Positions 25,603 to 37,190 of a DNA stretch of 64,000 bases are shown here, piece by piece. Numbering within the stretch: the stretch's first letter is position 1; each line of letters opens with the position of its first letter. The notes under the pieces are model-generated. The model searched no databases. It was not told the origin of the DNA and saw nothing but the letters and a program-made list of their open reading frames with translations. The stretch is from Camelus dromedarius (taxonomy: Eukaryota): the NCBI RefSeq assembly GCF_036321535.1, contig NC_087437.1:29080001-29144000 (forward strand). Direction: 5' to 3'. The position numbers and the translations under genes are program-made.

Positions 25603-26126
25603 TGCATTAGTTATCTTTTGCTGTATAACAGATTACTCAAAATGTTAGCAGCTTAAAATAAGAAACTTTTTTTATCTCACAGTATCTGGGGATTAGACTC
25701 TGGGAGGAGCTTAGCTGGACAGGTCTGGCTCAGGGCCTCTCATGAGGTTGCAGTCAAGCTGGGGAGGCAGTCATCTCAACGCTGGGGAGTTAACCCCCAG
25801 GTTTGCCTTCTTGGTTACCTGTAGGCCTCAGTTCTCACAGCAGCTGGAGTAAGGACCTCAGTCCCCAGTCAGTGGGCCTCTCCCAAAGGTCCCCTGGTTG
25901 TCCTAAAGATACAGCAGCTGGCTTCTCTCAGAGTGACAAATTCAAGAGAGACAGCCCAAGACCCAAGCTGCAGTCTTTTATAACTTAACCTTGGAAGCGA
26001 TATACCATCACTTCTGGTCTGTTGGTCATACAGACCAACCCTGATCGCTGTGGGAGGGGACTGTTCAAGGCTGTGAGTGCCAGGACATGGGAACGGTGGG
26101 AGCCATCTTGGAGACGGGCTACCTCA
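25603..26126 (-). mobile_element. MLT1F-like solo LTR interrupting a MIR
   Basis: TGCATTAGTTATCTTTTGCTG...GGCTACCTCA; TSD GAAGT/GAAAT; MIR-like halves on both sides. Confidence 0.82.
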
Positions 26127-26499
26127 GAAATTAAATAAGTTGTCCAGTTGTACAGCTAGAAGGAGACTGACCCAAAGCCTGAAAGTAAGTCTGTCGGACT
26201 AAAATGCCAGCGCTCTTTCTACTTCTTATGAGCTGTTGGACATCAGTAATCATCAATGCAAAAAAATTTTTTTTGCAGATTTTTGTGTAAAAAAGGTTGG
26301 GTTAACCATAACTTTACATCATATACACTGCCAAACATGAAAACAAATAAAGCTTTTTTAATGTGATTTTCAATGAAAAGAGGTTATACTTATCTCTCAC
26401 CCAATATTTATTGAACAGGCATTAAAAAATTATGTGTAAATTCAATTGCCTGAAAAATTCTGAGTTTCTAAAGGGTATTTTGGTGTTTGGGGTAAACAC

Positions 26500-26910
26500 T
26501 ATGGGCTGGCTCACCTAATACAATTCTCCATTTATTTCTCCCTTGTTTCCTCCACTATAAAAGGTAGATTAGTTGATTACAAATTTTCTCAGCCTCCCTT
26601 GTACCTAGAAGAATATTCTATGCAGCTCTGGCCAAGGAAATTTAACTGGAAGTCTCCTGAGGTTTTGTTTCTTGATAGAACAAAAACTCCTGGTGCATCC
26701 TTGGCCCACTCTCCCATCCTCACCTTCTTCCTGCCTCAGAAACAGACTTGATTTCTGGGACTGCATGTCTCTTTCCTGAGCTATTGAACCTAGGCCAGAA
26801 GAACTCCAATCCAGACTTCTTGTTTAGTAAGGAATAAACCTTTGTTTGTTTAGCCCCACCACCCTTAGTTGGGTTTCCAGTTAAATGCAGCCTTAAGGAC
26901 TCCTAATTCT
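26500..26910 (+). mobile_element. Old MaLR LTR (MLT1I/J-like)
   Basis: CAGCCTCCCTTG...CTGGCCAAGGAAAT...CCAGACTTCTTG...AATAAACC...TGCAGCC. Confidence 0.6.
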
Positions 26911-29900
26911 GGTAGGATAAGGCAACATTAGATGACACTACAAAGAAAGACAGAAAATCCTGAGGGAAAGAGTGGGTGTTCTAAGTTTTGTGGCTCATTC
27001 AGAAAAACCTATTTCTAAACAATTTCCATGTAACCTGAATTCCTACATACTCAGCTGAGAAGTAAGACAATCACGGTCATTTATCTTATTAGTAGTATTT
27101 TGCTTTAGTCTCTAACAACAGTGCAGGAAGTCCAGACCTCCTCAATTCCTGGCAAATAGCCCTGAGACCCCTGAGGGGTGTCTCCCCTGCCCTTTCCCTG
27201 AGCAGCCTCTCTGACCGCCCTGTGGGTTGGACCATTCCTTTCGCTCCTGTGTCAGCTGATTGCATCGAGCTGCAGCTTCCAGTGCCCAAAGTGACTGTTA
27301 CTCTGCTGCTGTCTGCTGAGGAGGATGCATGCTGCTGTGGGTGGAGGTCTACCCCAGGCTCTCAGGCTGCTGCAGCCACCAAAGCTGTATAGGCCCTGGC
27401 ATCGGATGTTGCAGGAGCAGGAGGCCCGAAAGGAATGCTGCTGGCATAATGCCATTGCAGTGGCCCAGAGACGGCTCCTCTAGGTGCCCTTCTTGGGATA
27501 GTCCCAAGGGTAGACACTACATTGGACAGGCAGCTCCCTTTCTCTCTGGTGATTTCTGCTGTCCTTAAATCACATTTATGACCCTCAATGATCTCTTCTC
27601 TTACCTCTCCAGTGGCAACTTGGTCCCTTACAGAACAGTGCCTTTACTGGCCTGATTTATGGGTCCTGGACCTTCCCTTCCCTGGCTTGCCTGTATCTTA
27701 GAATGCAGCACCTTAGCTGTATTGCAGCACTCAAGCTGTAATTCTTGAGACCTTAAAGTCATATAAAGTTGGCCTAATTTAACATGCACTCTGATAAAAG
27801 TTCATCTGAATTAAACAGAATAAGAAGAGGCGGATAGTTGAATACGTGGGAGATTACATGGCATGATTCTAAAGCATCCCAGAATGTAACCTGTTGCTTA
27901 CACTGTACAAATAGTGCTCGGAAAATCAAAGATTGTCTGTCTTATAACACCCAACCTCCTCCCACCATTTTTATTTACATTTAATGAAGGATCTTTTCGG
28001 AAGCAGAGGCTTTACTTCAGGATAACAAAACTACTCTGTTTTCCACACAATTATTCAGCTCACCCAGAGGAAATACAGTGGTATCTGTGAACATTATTTC
28101 TATCTCCTGGCCACTGAATATTAACTCCCTGGGTCAGCCTATAGAAAACGTGTTATTCAAGACAGGAAATTTTACTACGTATGAGATGTAATGAGAAAGA
28201 TTTATCAGGCATGTAATATTCAGGAATTTCCATTTCATTCTTACAATGAAAATACAATTTGAAATATTGCTTATGCCTGGTATTCTATTCAAATCAAATG
28301 CTGGGAACCGTTTAGAGAACATTTCAGCCTGAAACCAAGTCAGCAAAATTATCTTTTTTTTTTTTTCTGACAAAGAATTTGCAGCCTTGAGAACAAGTCA
28401 ATTCCCAAACATGCTGCAAGGACACATTTTGGAAAGAGTGAGGGGCAGATTTCTTTTAAGTCTCAGGAAGAACTTTGGGTAAGTGAGATGTGAGCCTGGG
28501 TGCAAAGTGACAAAGAAAACACAAACCTGTTAATGATGCAGAAGTCACCGCCCTGGCTGTGAGTGGTGCTGACACATCAAACCGCACTGCTTGCCACAAA
28601 GAGGAAGATCCTCTCTGGAGTGGGACAAAAACATTTGGGAGAATGCAGCTGAAGCCCTTGATTCACTAGTTAATGATGCAGACCGGCCTCTCGGTGCCGC
28701 TGCCCCAGAGGTCATGAATTTGAACATGCCACGTCCCACCTTCAGAACAAACAGGCAGACAACCCCAAGCCGGGCTGTCCTGGGGGACTTGAACAAGAAA
28801 GAACTTCCTGGACAACATGAGCATACAAGACACAAATATTCCCATTAAAACCCATTAAATAAGAGAGGAAAATTCTTCGATAAATAAGTACTTAAGATAG
28901 CTGTCTTATTCGATCAGTCTACAGAATACCAGAGGCCTGCCTTAAGCTGTAGGTTAAAACAGCCATGAGAAAACTAGAAGTAGTTTCCTATTTTTTAAAA
29001 ATAACTTTATGATAAAACACAAGAAGAATATTAACGAAAGTGTTAAGGTTTTGTTTGGGGGTAATTTGTTATTTTTATTTTATTCTTTCTGCTTTTTTAT
29101 ACATTCCAAATTTTTATAGTAAACATAGACTACTTACCTAATGAAAAGAATATAAATTATCTTTCTTATTGTGACAGAACATCCTATACAACAGCAACCT
29201 TTCCTAGACAAATACTCAGCGACTCAAAACGACTCATTCTCTGAGGTTAGGTAGCCAAGGTTTTATTGTAATTTAGCATAAAATAGAAAGAGAAACTCAA
29301 GAGACTACATAAGTAAGAGGGTTTTATTGAGTTCATTTAATTTCCCGTTAGTAATGGAATTTTTAATCACATAAGTCACAGGTCTGTGTGTGTATATTCA
29401 CTAAGGGTATGGGCAGGTGGGAGATGTGGAGTTAATTTTTTAATTATTTATGTGCATGCATTGAGAAAAATCCTTCAGAAATTTTAGCACAATCTGGTTG
29501 GACAGATTTAAGAGGAGTTATCAATATCCTTCTTAATTAAAAAAAAAAAAGCAGAACTGGCATCTTCATAAATTTATGTATCCCAAATTTAGCAGCTTAG
29601 CAACTTCATGCTGTGTGCTGCACAGTCACTGCTAGAAACAGTTTCATTTCTACTCCTATTCCCAGACCCACACCTGGCCTCCCTTTCCACAGGTGCCTTG
29701 CCATTTTTATTTACAGATAGAAGGTTATTTGCAGCCTGAGCTCTCTCAAAGTTTCACCTTCTCAGCTCCAGTTTTCAGGTCTCTTGGCTTTTTTTCTGTC
29801 CTGTTTAGGAAGAAAGATACTTCCCCAGCCTTCCCACCAGAGTTTTCAGACACCTCCCCTGCCTTCTCCTCAATGACTTCTATTTAGTGGACATCCTATT

Positions 29901-29959
29901 GCTTGGATTTCTCCACCTTTACTGACCTTGAATCATTACTGCATAATTTACAGAATTAT

Positions 29960-30320
29960 ATTTCAGCTGGAAAACAAGCCACATGCAACCATAAAAAATA
30001 CAACCTTAAAAATGCTAGAAGAAAACAGTAGTTGTATAAAATGTCTTGGACTGTGAGACATCTATTTGTGACATGAAATCCGCAAAGAAAATCCAAAAAG
30101 GAAAACAGATCAGTAAGTTCAAAATAGAAATATTTTTTTAAATGTTAATAAAAAAAGAAAGCATAAACAAAGACTAATAACAAACTAATAGTTATTTGCA
30201 AACCATATGATTAACAGAGGATAATATCCTTATCATTATATAACATCACCATAATATATAATCAACAATTACAAATCAATAATAAAGAGTTAAGAAGTCT
30301 AATAAAAATGGGTGATACTA
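29960..30320 (+). mobile_element. Ancient L1 ORF2-derived fragment
   Basis: CTAGAAGAAAAC...TATTTGCAAACCATATG...ACAAATCAATAA...AAAATGGG landmarks, heavily decayed. Confidence 0.55.
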
Positions 30321-30549
30321 ACTACTGAGAACACATTTTATATTACATGTGTAAATAGAAATCTGAATATTTCATAAATTATATAGAATTATATCATATC
30401 TGTTGAAATATTTACTATTAGAGTAATAATTTACTATAGATTAAGGTCAAAAGTTATGGTGATATCCAATGACAGATTAGTAGTTCATTTTGCTTATAAG
30501 AACTTCTGGCCTCCAGCAACAAAAGAAGATCTTTTCTTAATACATGGTT

Positions 30550-30784
30550 TAGAGATTGGCAAACCATGAGCCTGCGGGCCAGAGGCAGCCCACCACCTGT
30601 TTCTGTAAAGAATCTTCTGTAAAGATTACTGGAACACAGCCATGCCCATTTATTTCCATATTGTCTATGGCTGCTTTCAGGCTACAGGGGCAGAACTGAA
30701 TAGTTGCAATGGAGGTGTAAGGGCTGCCAAATCTGAAATATTCACTATCTGGACCTTTCCTAAAAAAAGTTTGCCAACTGCTTG
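30550..30784. mobile_element. MER58A hAT-Charlie MITE
   Basis: TTGGCAAAC...GTTTGCCAA terminal inverted repeats; GGAACACAGCCATGCCCATT core. Confidence 0.85.
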
Positions 30785-33700
30785 ATTAGAATATTAAGCT
30801 TATATGAAACACAGAAAGATTTGTTTCCCAGAAGCACTCCTTTTTAATTCCATACAGCTATATTCTACAAGGTAATAAGGTTTTTTTAAGGAGATAAATT
30901 CCTTACCAGAAAGGCTTTGGTTTTTTTACTTTGGGGATAATATGTTCACATTACAATAGTTGAATAATAGGACAGTGATCTTTCTTTTACATGCAAGTTT
31001 TAAAACAGGTAAAAAATTTCAGAAGAGTTACAAACTTCCATGACAGAATTGAATATAAGAATCATAAAATTATTTAAATAGACTGAATTCTGTAGTTTTG
31101 AGGGTTATCTTCCTAAGCCACCACCACAGATCCTTTCTGTAACTCCCCATCACAAGATAGTATAACTGCCAGTAAAACAGAACCCCCCGTGGCAGATTCC
31201 TTAACCAAAGCCCACAGCTGACAATAATTTACAAAGGAAACGTCCTTTCCCTCAGCATAGACTCTCATTGTCTCCATCAAAACCACAAAGTCTGAAGGAC
31301 TCATTGGAGCCACTGATGCAAAAGGAGTGACAGGCTTCCCCCGGCATCAGGGGAAGTGCTGGATTATTGTCCCTGCAGGAGAAAGGGGGGAATCCTTTAA
31401 TCTGGTGGTTGGTGACCAAAAAAGCAAGTAAGAGAAAAATTCTTTTCAGTGGAGCTAAGACATTTCTCCCATTCTGGCTGTATTTGTTTCTCTGGAACAC
31501 AGGTCCTGAAGACACAAATCTTGAACAGGCTAAGATGTGAAATTGCGCTTTCAACTAAGAAGAGCAGGATCAATGAAATCTCTTGGAAATTTCCCTTGCG
31601 TGAGAGTACATTCATCACATGAAAGTGGCGCTCTGAGCCACCCGTGTTCTCTTCTCTGCAGAACAGGGTCTCGGGCAAATCTAAGTCCTAATAGAGAAGG
31701 TCAGGTCACCTAGAAGAGACTTTTAATTTTTCTTCTTTTTTAAAAATAAGGTAAAAGAACAAAAATAGGCCAAACCATTAGTGAAAGTTTCTGATAGAAC
31801 TGAAATCCACTGAGGAGCTGTGTGGTATTAGCCTAGATGTGTGTGACACTTCAGCCCATGGTACCATCTGTATGGAGACATGAGTGGTTTTTATTACCAA
31901 AAATAACACAGTGTATTAATATGTATGTTGAGATCACTATTCAATTCTAATCTGATAAACAGCCTTGAGATTAATAGCTATTTTGATTCTTCTATTTCTT
32001 TGTTTGGGCCTATCAAAAAGTTTGTAAAAAGCTGGAATGATTTTAAGAAGTTATTTAATATAAAATTTAAGACTCTCTTATACTTTCCTTTGAAAAATCA
32101 TTTAAAAAGGAGAAAGGAATCAATCAGAGTACAAGTGATAGAGGCAGACAGTGAAATTATAGAACTAGTCTCTCTTTAGTTACCATGGTAGGATTTTAGG
32201 ACATTTTTAAGGTATAAAGATACAAAATCTCTTTACAAGTTGTACAAGCCATTGTTCCTACAAGTTGGCTGCACAAAGTACAATAAGAAGAGTATGAAAT
32301 GATGGTGTTTTGGTTGACTTCTGAAATCTTTTAAGGGGTATTACTGGGGACTATTTTAAAATAAAATACCCTAAGCCTACTGATCCCTGATTATGTTATA
32401 ACATGTTCAGTTATGTAAATAATTACTGAGAACGCTGCAAGGCACAGTTACTCTTATGCCAATACTTCCCTTCAAAATAATGATACATGGTCACCCTCAA
32501 TTTACCCTTGATATTTTCAAAATTAGGAGAATTTTTTAGAATTATTTGTTTACCTGTAGGTGACACCAGCTAAAAGTATGAACATGATTAAATAAACCTC
32601 TTCTTTGTATAAATGAAGAGGACAGGTGGGCACTTACTTTCTGGAGGACTTAAAAGACTCATGTTGTAGCAAACCCTCTAATTCTTTGAAGGCCCAGCAC
32701 CAGTGTCACAGTGGCTCTCGGTGTGAGCAAAGGCCAGCAAGTGAACACTGTTTATGTAGTGGTCAATACCGAAGATTAAGTACTCCTTAACCTGGTAACT
32801 TTTACTTCAGATTGTTTTCTAGATATGCCTTTTCATGTCATCTGCAAATGTGAAGTATTCTTCAAAGAAAGGGTTTATCCACTGGGTGCTTTGGTATTTC
32901 CCCCTGCCCCAGATATCACTGACTTAGTGTTTTCACCCATATAAGGGTAGACTTTATCACCCCAGCATCTTTATGACCCAGAGAGACTGAAACATTAGTA
33001 TGATTTTTCTAAGGATCCAGAAAATGTTATGTCTCACCAAGAATTAATATATCTTTTATCACAAAGAGAGTTTGGAAAAGGGATAAAATGCCATTCATAT
33101 ACTCATAAGTAATTAATTGAGGGCCTCCTACGTAGGCACTCCACCAGGTGTTATGAGGGACAGAGGTGGCTCCAAAGACAAACCAGATACGGTCCCTGAA
33201 CTCAAGGAGTTCACAGGGTGCTTAGGGTGACAAAATGTAGACATGTACATAATTACGGGACAGGATACTTGGATATGGTACAGGATTATGAGTCATACTG
33301 TAAGTGAGGTACATGAAAGACTCCTAACAAATTTCACAGGAGGAAGTGACTAACTTTAAACATTTATGCATCAGGAATTTCATTCATTACTTCATTTTGA
33401 ATCCCAAAGCCCCAGCGGAAATCTTTCTGTGGGAGACCATCTGAGTGTAATAAAAAAAATTGCTATCAAGGAATCCATAATAGAAAGTATTCAAAGTGTG
33501 GCAGCTCTTTGGTACCCAAGAGGCCACCAAGATTCAAAAATTCCCAGGGCTACCCAGAATCCTGAAGATGATATCTTCCAGATAGGGCTGTCAGGCCACC
33601 TGGGTTGTAATCATCATGGATTTATGGGGCACTGCCACCTTAAAAACATGCTTCCATCCATGATCTGATAATTAGGATCCCTGAAGACAGGCTGGCACCA

Positions 33701-33814
33701 TGCAAAAAGTAACCGGGACACCAGGGTTCTAATTCTGCTCAGCTCGCTCTGATGTAAAACGAGGGATTTGGTCATTAGATTCTCTCCAGGGTTCCTCAGG
33801 TGGCTAGGTGGGTA

Positions 33815-33960
33815 GGGCAGATTTTATTATCACCACTTTACAGATAGGGAAACTAAGGTCAGGAACACCTAAGGGGCTTGCCGAAGGTCACAGAAAATAC
33901 CTGATATCCAATACCTGAGATTGGAACCTGGCCTGTAAGGGCAAAACATCTTCTACTGTA
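33815..33960 (-). mobile_element. MIR SINE
   Basis: TTTACAGATAGGGAAACTAAGGTCAG...CTTGCCGAAGGTCACAG core. Confidence 0.72.
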
Positions 33961-34554
33961 TTACACTCAGAACCACACCTGTTTGTGGGCAAGAGGACAA
34001 ACAGGCCTACACAGCATTCACCTAAGTATTTCAGTTATAGATCAAGATAGCACGCTGTTAAAATATGGTCTATCCTCCCACCTTGACAAATACTTCTTTG
34101 CAAGGACCTGGATGGTCAAGTGTGAATCACGAATTCTCGGACTCTTCCAAGGTCCAGGCTGGAAGCCGATAGGGAAGGGAAAGTGGACTCCAAGGGACCC
34201 CTCTTCCTGCACGTAGGATGAGCCCAAAGTGCCTAGGAGGACACCTTTCAGCCCTGAGGTCCAAGCACCATCCACACTCCAAGAAAAACCCATTCCTGCA
34301 CTCAGGAGTGAGTTCAGAGGTCTAAGCAGATCTTGAAAGAGGGTTCGGTACACTAGGCAGGGGATTCCAGAATGCTGACTGGGGCATGGTCTCGAGGTTC
34401 AAGCTCCCTGATCCTGTGGGAAGGGGCACTGTCAGATGAGAGCCCTAGGGTGGCCGTGGGCAGAGGTCCCTCTCGCTTAGGTTTAAGAGCCAGTGTGATC
34501 ACACTACCTCAGGATTCAACCTAAAACAGAGTAAAATCTGGGAACCTGCTGGTG

Positions 34555-34770
34555 AGAAGGTAGTATTGCCTGATGGTTACAAGACCAGATTCTGCAGCGA
34601 AACGCCTGGGTTGGGATCCTAGCGTGGACACTCACTAGCTGTGTAACCTCAGGCCAGTTACCCAACATCTTAAGGGCTCCGTTCCCTCATCCTCAAAAAA
34701 GGTATAATTATTTTTATGAGGAGTAAATAAGATAGCTTATATAAAACGCCTGGCAGACATTAAACGCTGG
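34555..34770 (+). mobile_element. MIR SINE
   Basis: CCTGGGTTGGGATCCTAGC...CACTCACTAGCTGTGTAACCTCAGGC...CTCCGTTCCCTCATC. Confidence 0.72.
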
Positions 34771-35237
34771 GTAAAGGTGAGGTTCTCTCCAGCTGTATTA
34801 GGTGAATCTGCCTTGAAAGGTTTCTGGAGAATTATATTAGCATAACTAAAGCCAAGCACTCTGATAGCCCCTCTCTACACTAAATAGGGGGGCCAGGCGC
34901 AGAGATGGGCTCCACCCACCCTACCCAAGGCGTTGGCTGCTGCCCGAGACCTGCCGGGTCCCTTGGCCAGGACTTCACGCTGCAGCCTTGCACTCTGCGA
35001 GCTACGGCTGGGGGGTCGTAAAAGGTTAACTCGCAAACGTCACCGTGAGTCACCGCGGGACTAGGGAACTGAAACCAAGAGTTAGCACACGGCCTGGTTT
35101 ATCCCTCCGATGCGGACGGTTAAACCAGTGGGAAGTGGCATCGAATAAAAAAGGCAGGATACGGAGCCAGGGTTGACGCAGCTTGGTCCCCTCCCACCCT
35201 TTCGCCCTGGGGCTCATGCTAACGTCGCTCAGTCTTT

Positions 35238-35395
35238 TGACAGGTCTTGACATCTCTCCTCCGCGAGGAGGGAGAGAGACTCGAGCAAGTCGAGGCATCT
35301 CTCTGGTACCTCCCGTGAGTGTGAGCCGAGCCCAGTCTAGCGAATGCCCGCCCCAAAGCAAAGACGTTTTTCTAAAGGCAAGCCTGGGCATTCCC
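35238..35395. promoter_or_regulatory. Cluster of four p53-like response elements
   Basis: Paired RRRCWWGYYY-like decamers starting at 35238, 35283, 35329 (degenerate) and 35376 (AGGCAAGCCT GGGCATTCCC). RAP2B is a reported p53 target. Confidence 0.6.
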
Positions 35396-35742
35396 CCACC
35401 CCCACCCCCGGGTGAGATGAATTCAGAGTGGCCCACTTCCACATCCTAGCCCCTCCCCTTCCCTGCAAAAAATAAAAGAAAAAACTTGGAAACTCTGCTG
35501 TTTCTTGAGGACCAAGAACTGTAACCAGCTCCCTTTAACGGACAGTCGTGACTAGGCACTGAGAAGTCAGACTCTCTCGAAAATACCAACAAAGGACTAT
35601 ATTTAGCTCCGAGCTCTCCGCCTAAATTCCTCTTGTTTTTTCACTCTTAGCTTCAAAACGACTAGGTTGGGGAAGTGGGAGGAAGGGGGCGGGGGAGTAG
35701 CAGAGAAAGAACAGCTGTGCCTCCGCCTCTCAACTCAATCTC

Positions 35743-35868
35743 TATAAATAACCAATCACCAGCGGAGGCTACTTTTTAGCCAATGAAGCAGCCCAAACTG
35801 AAAAATCCTTGGCAGTAACCAATGGGAGGACATTCGAGGGTGTGAGATTTGGGCCCCGGGACCAATGG
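35743..35868 (+). promoter_or_regulatory. Four NF-Y CCAAT boxes with adjacent TATAAATA
   Basis: CCAAT at 35752, 35780, 35819 and 35862, all fitting RRCCAATSR; TATAAATA at 35743-35750. Confidence 0.7.
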
Positions 35869-35961
35869 GTCCTGAGCTTGGGAGAGGTAATTTGAGCTGG
35901 AGTGCGGGTGTGCGGTGCACAGGCTTCCTACTTTCAAGCCCCAAAACCTGCTCAGCCCACT

Positions 35962-35981
35962 GAGCATGCCCCGACTAGTTG
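35962..35981. promoter_or_regulatory. p53 response element (zero spacer)
   Basis: GAGCATGCCC (perfect half-site) plus CGACTAGTTG (core intact, 2 flank mismatches). Confidence 0.6.
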
Positions 35982-36642
35982 CAGGCGCCGCCGCCACTTC
36001 TGGGTCAGGACGCGATCTGCTCTCCGGGTTTTGGCCCTAGCCAAGTGGGGAGGTGGGTGGGGTCCGCCGAGCCCTAGCCGGGAGAGGGCTCCGGTCGCTG
36101 GAGACTACCCCTTCCCTCGTGGGGACAGGGTTTCAGGCCCAGTGTTCCTGTTTTCTTTGTCTGGGGATGAAGTGTGGAAAGAGTCAGACAGAGAAGGCTG
36201 GGTAGAAAGAGCTGTGCCTTGGGTGGGGGAAGGTGCTCCGCCCTCCAGTCATTCACCCAAAATTCCTTTGGAGACGGCCCGAGGACGCACAACCACCAGA
36301 AGCTCAGGGAGTGGAGTTCACGGGCTTTGGATAATGGGGGGAGCAAGAGCCCAGGCCACTCCACTCCCGGGGTGGCCCGCTGCGCCCACCCTTTTCTCGC
36401 GGAGCCGGAGCCCCTATGCACGAACCCCAGAGCCTCGAAAGAAGGCGGCCTCCATCCTCCCACTGGAGCTCTCCCAGCCGATCTCAAACGCCTACTGACC
36501 CCAACACTTTTCTCATCCAGCTCCTAGACTCGCGCCTCTCCGGAATCCGCTAGTCCGGACTCAAATCGCGAGCTCCACCCCTAGTCCCGCCCCCTCCCGG
36601 CCCCCCGGAAAACCAGGAGTAGGGGATCCGGCTGGCGCGGCC

Positions 36643-36666
36643 GGCGGCGGCGGCGGCGGCGGCGGC
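36643..36666 (+). repeat. (GGC)8 trinucleotide repeat near RAP2B TSS/5'UTR
   Basis: Eight uninterrupted GGC units read directly. Confidence 0.95.
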
Positions 36667-37190
36667 GCACTGGGCATGCTCGCCGAGGCGGGGCGGGCCG
36701 GGCTGCGCGCGGCGAGTAGGAAGCCCTCGCCCCGCGGAGGCTGCGGGAGAGAGCTCGATGGGCCGTGGCGGTGGGCGCACGCTCTGCAGGGACTCATGCC
36801 ACGCGCGTCCTGGTCCGGCGCGCAATTAGCAGCCGCCTCCGCAGCCCGCCGCCGCCGCCTCCTCGTCCTCTCGGGCTGCCGCGGCGAGAAGCTGCAGCCG
36901 TCGCCTTGCACCGGCTGCCGGCATTGTCCTCCCGATCCGCCGCCCAAGCTGCCGCTGCCGCCGTGGGCTGCTGCGGGGCCCCGGACCCGCGCCTTAGGGA
37001 CGCGCCGCCGCCACTGGCCAGCCCGGCGCCCGCTCGGTGATTTCCGCGCCCAGCGCTGCTCCACCATCCTCTCCTGAGTTTTTCCTGCGGATCTGAGGAA
37101 GGAGAGAAGTCCAGCCACCAAGCCCAGCCTTCCTCCGGCGCGCAGCCCCGACGGGGCCGCGGCAGGCGCGGCGAGAGCGCCGACGGAGCC

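Noticed and set aside
28391..28416. p53-like half-sites GAACAAGTCA / AAACATGCTG and a nearby repeated 14-mer GTTAATGATGCAGA (28529, 28669)
   Set aside because: 6-bp spacer with mismatches, and a short repeat; too weak to tell from chance.
31925..32179. 84-aa ATG ORF in AT-rich DNA (and the other 60-110 aa ORFs in the track)
   Set aside because: Length expected by chance; no splice, promoter or homology support.
35238..35395. CRISPR-like repeat-spacer geometry (20-bp motif plus 25-27-bp spacer)
   Set aside because: Repeats are degenerate, the context is mammalian and there are no cas genes; better explained as p53-like sites.
35902..36527. Several 117-198 aa ORFs in the CpG island
   Set aside because: Stop-codon scarcity in GC-rich promoter DNA; no homology recognised.
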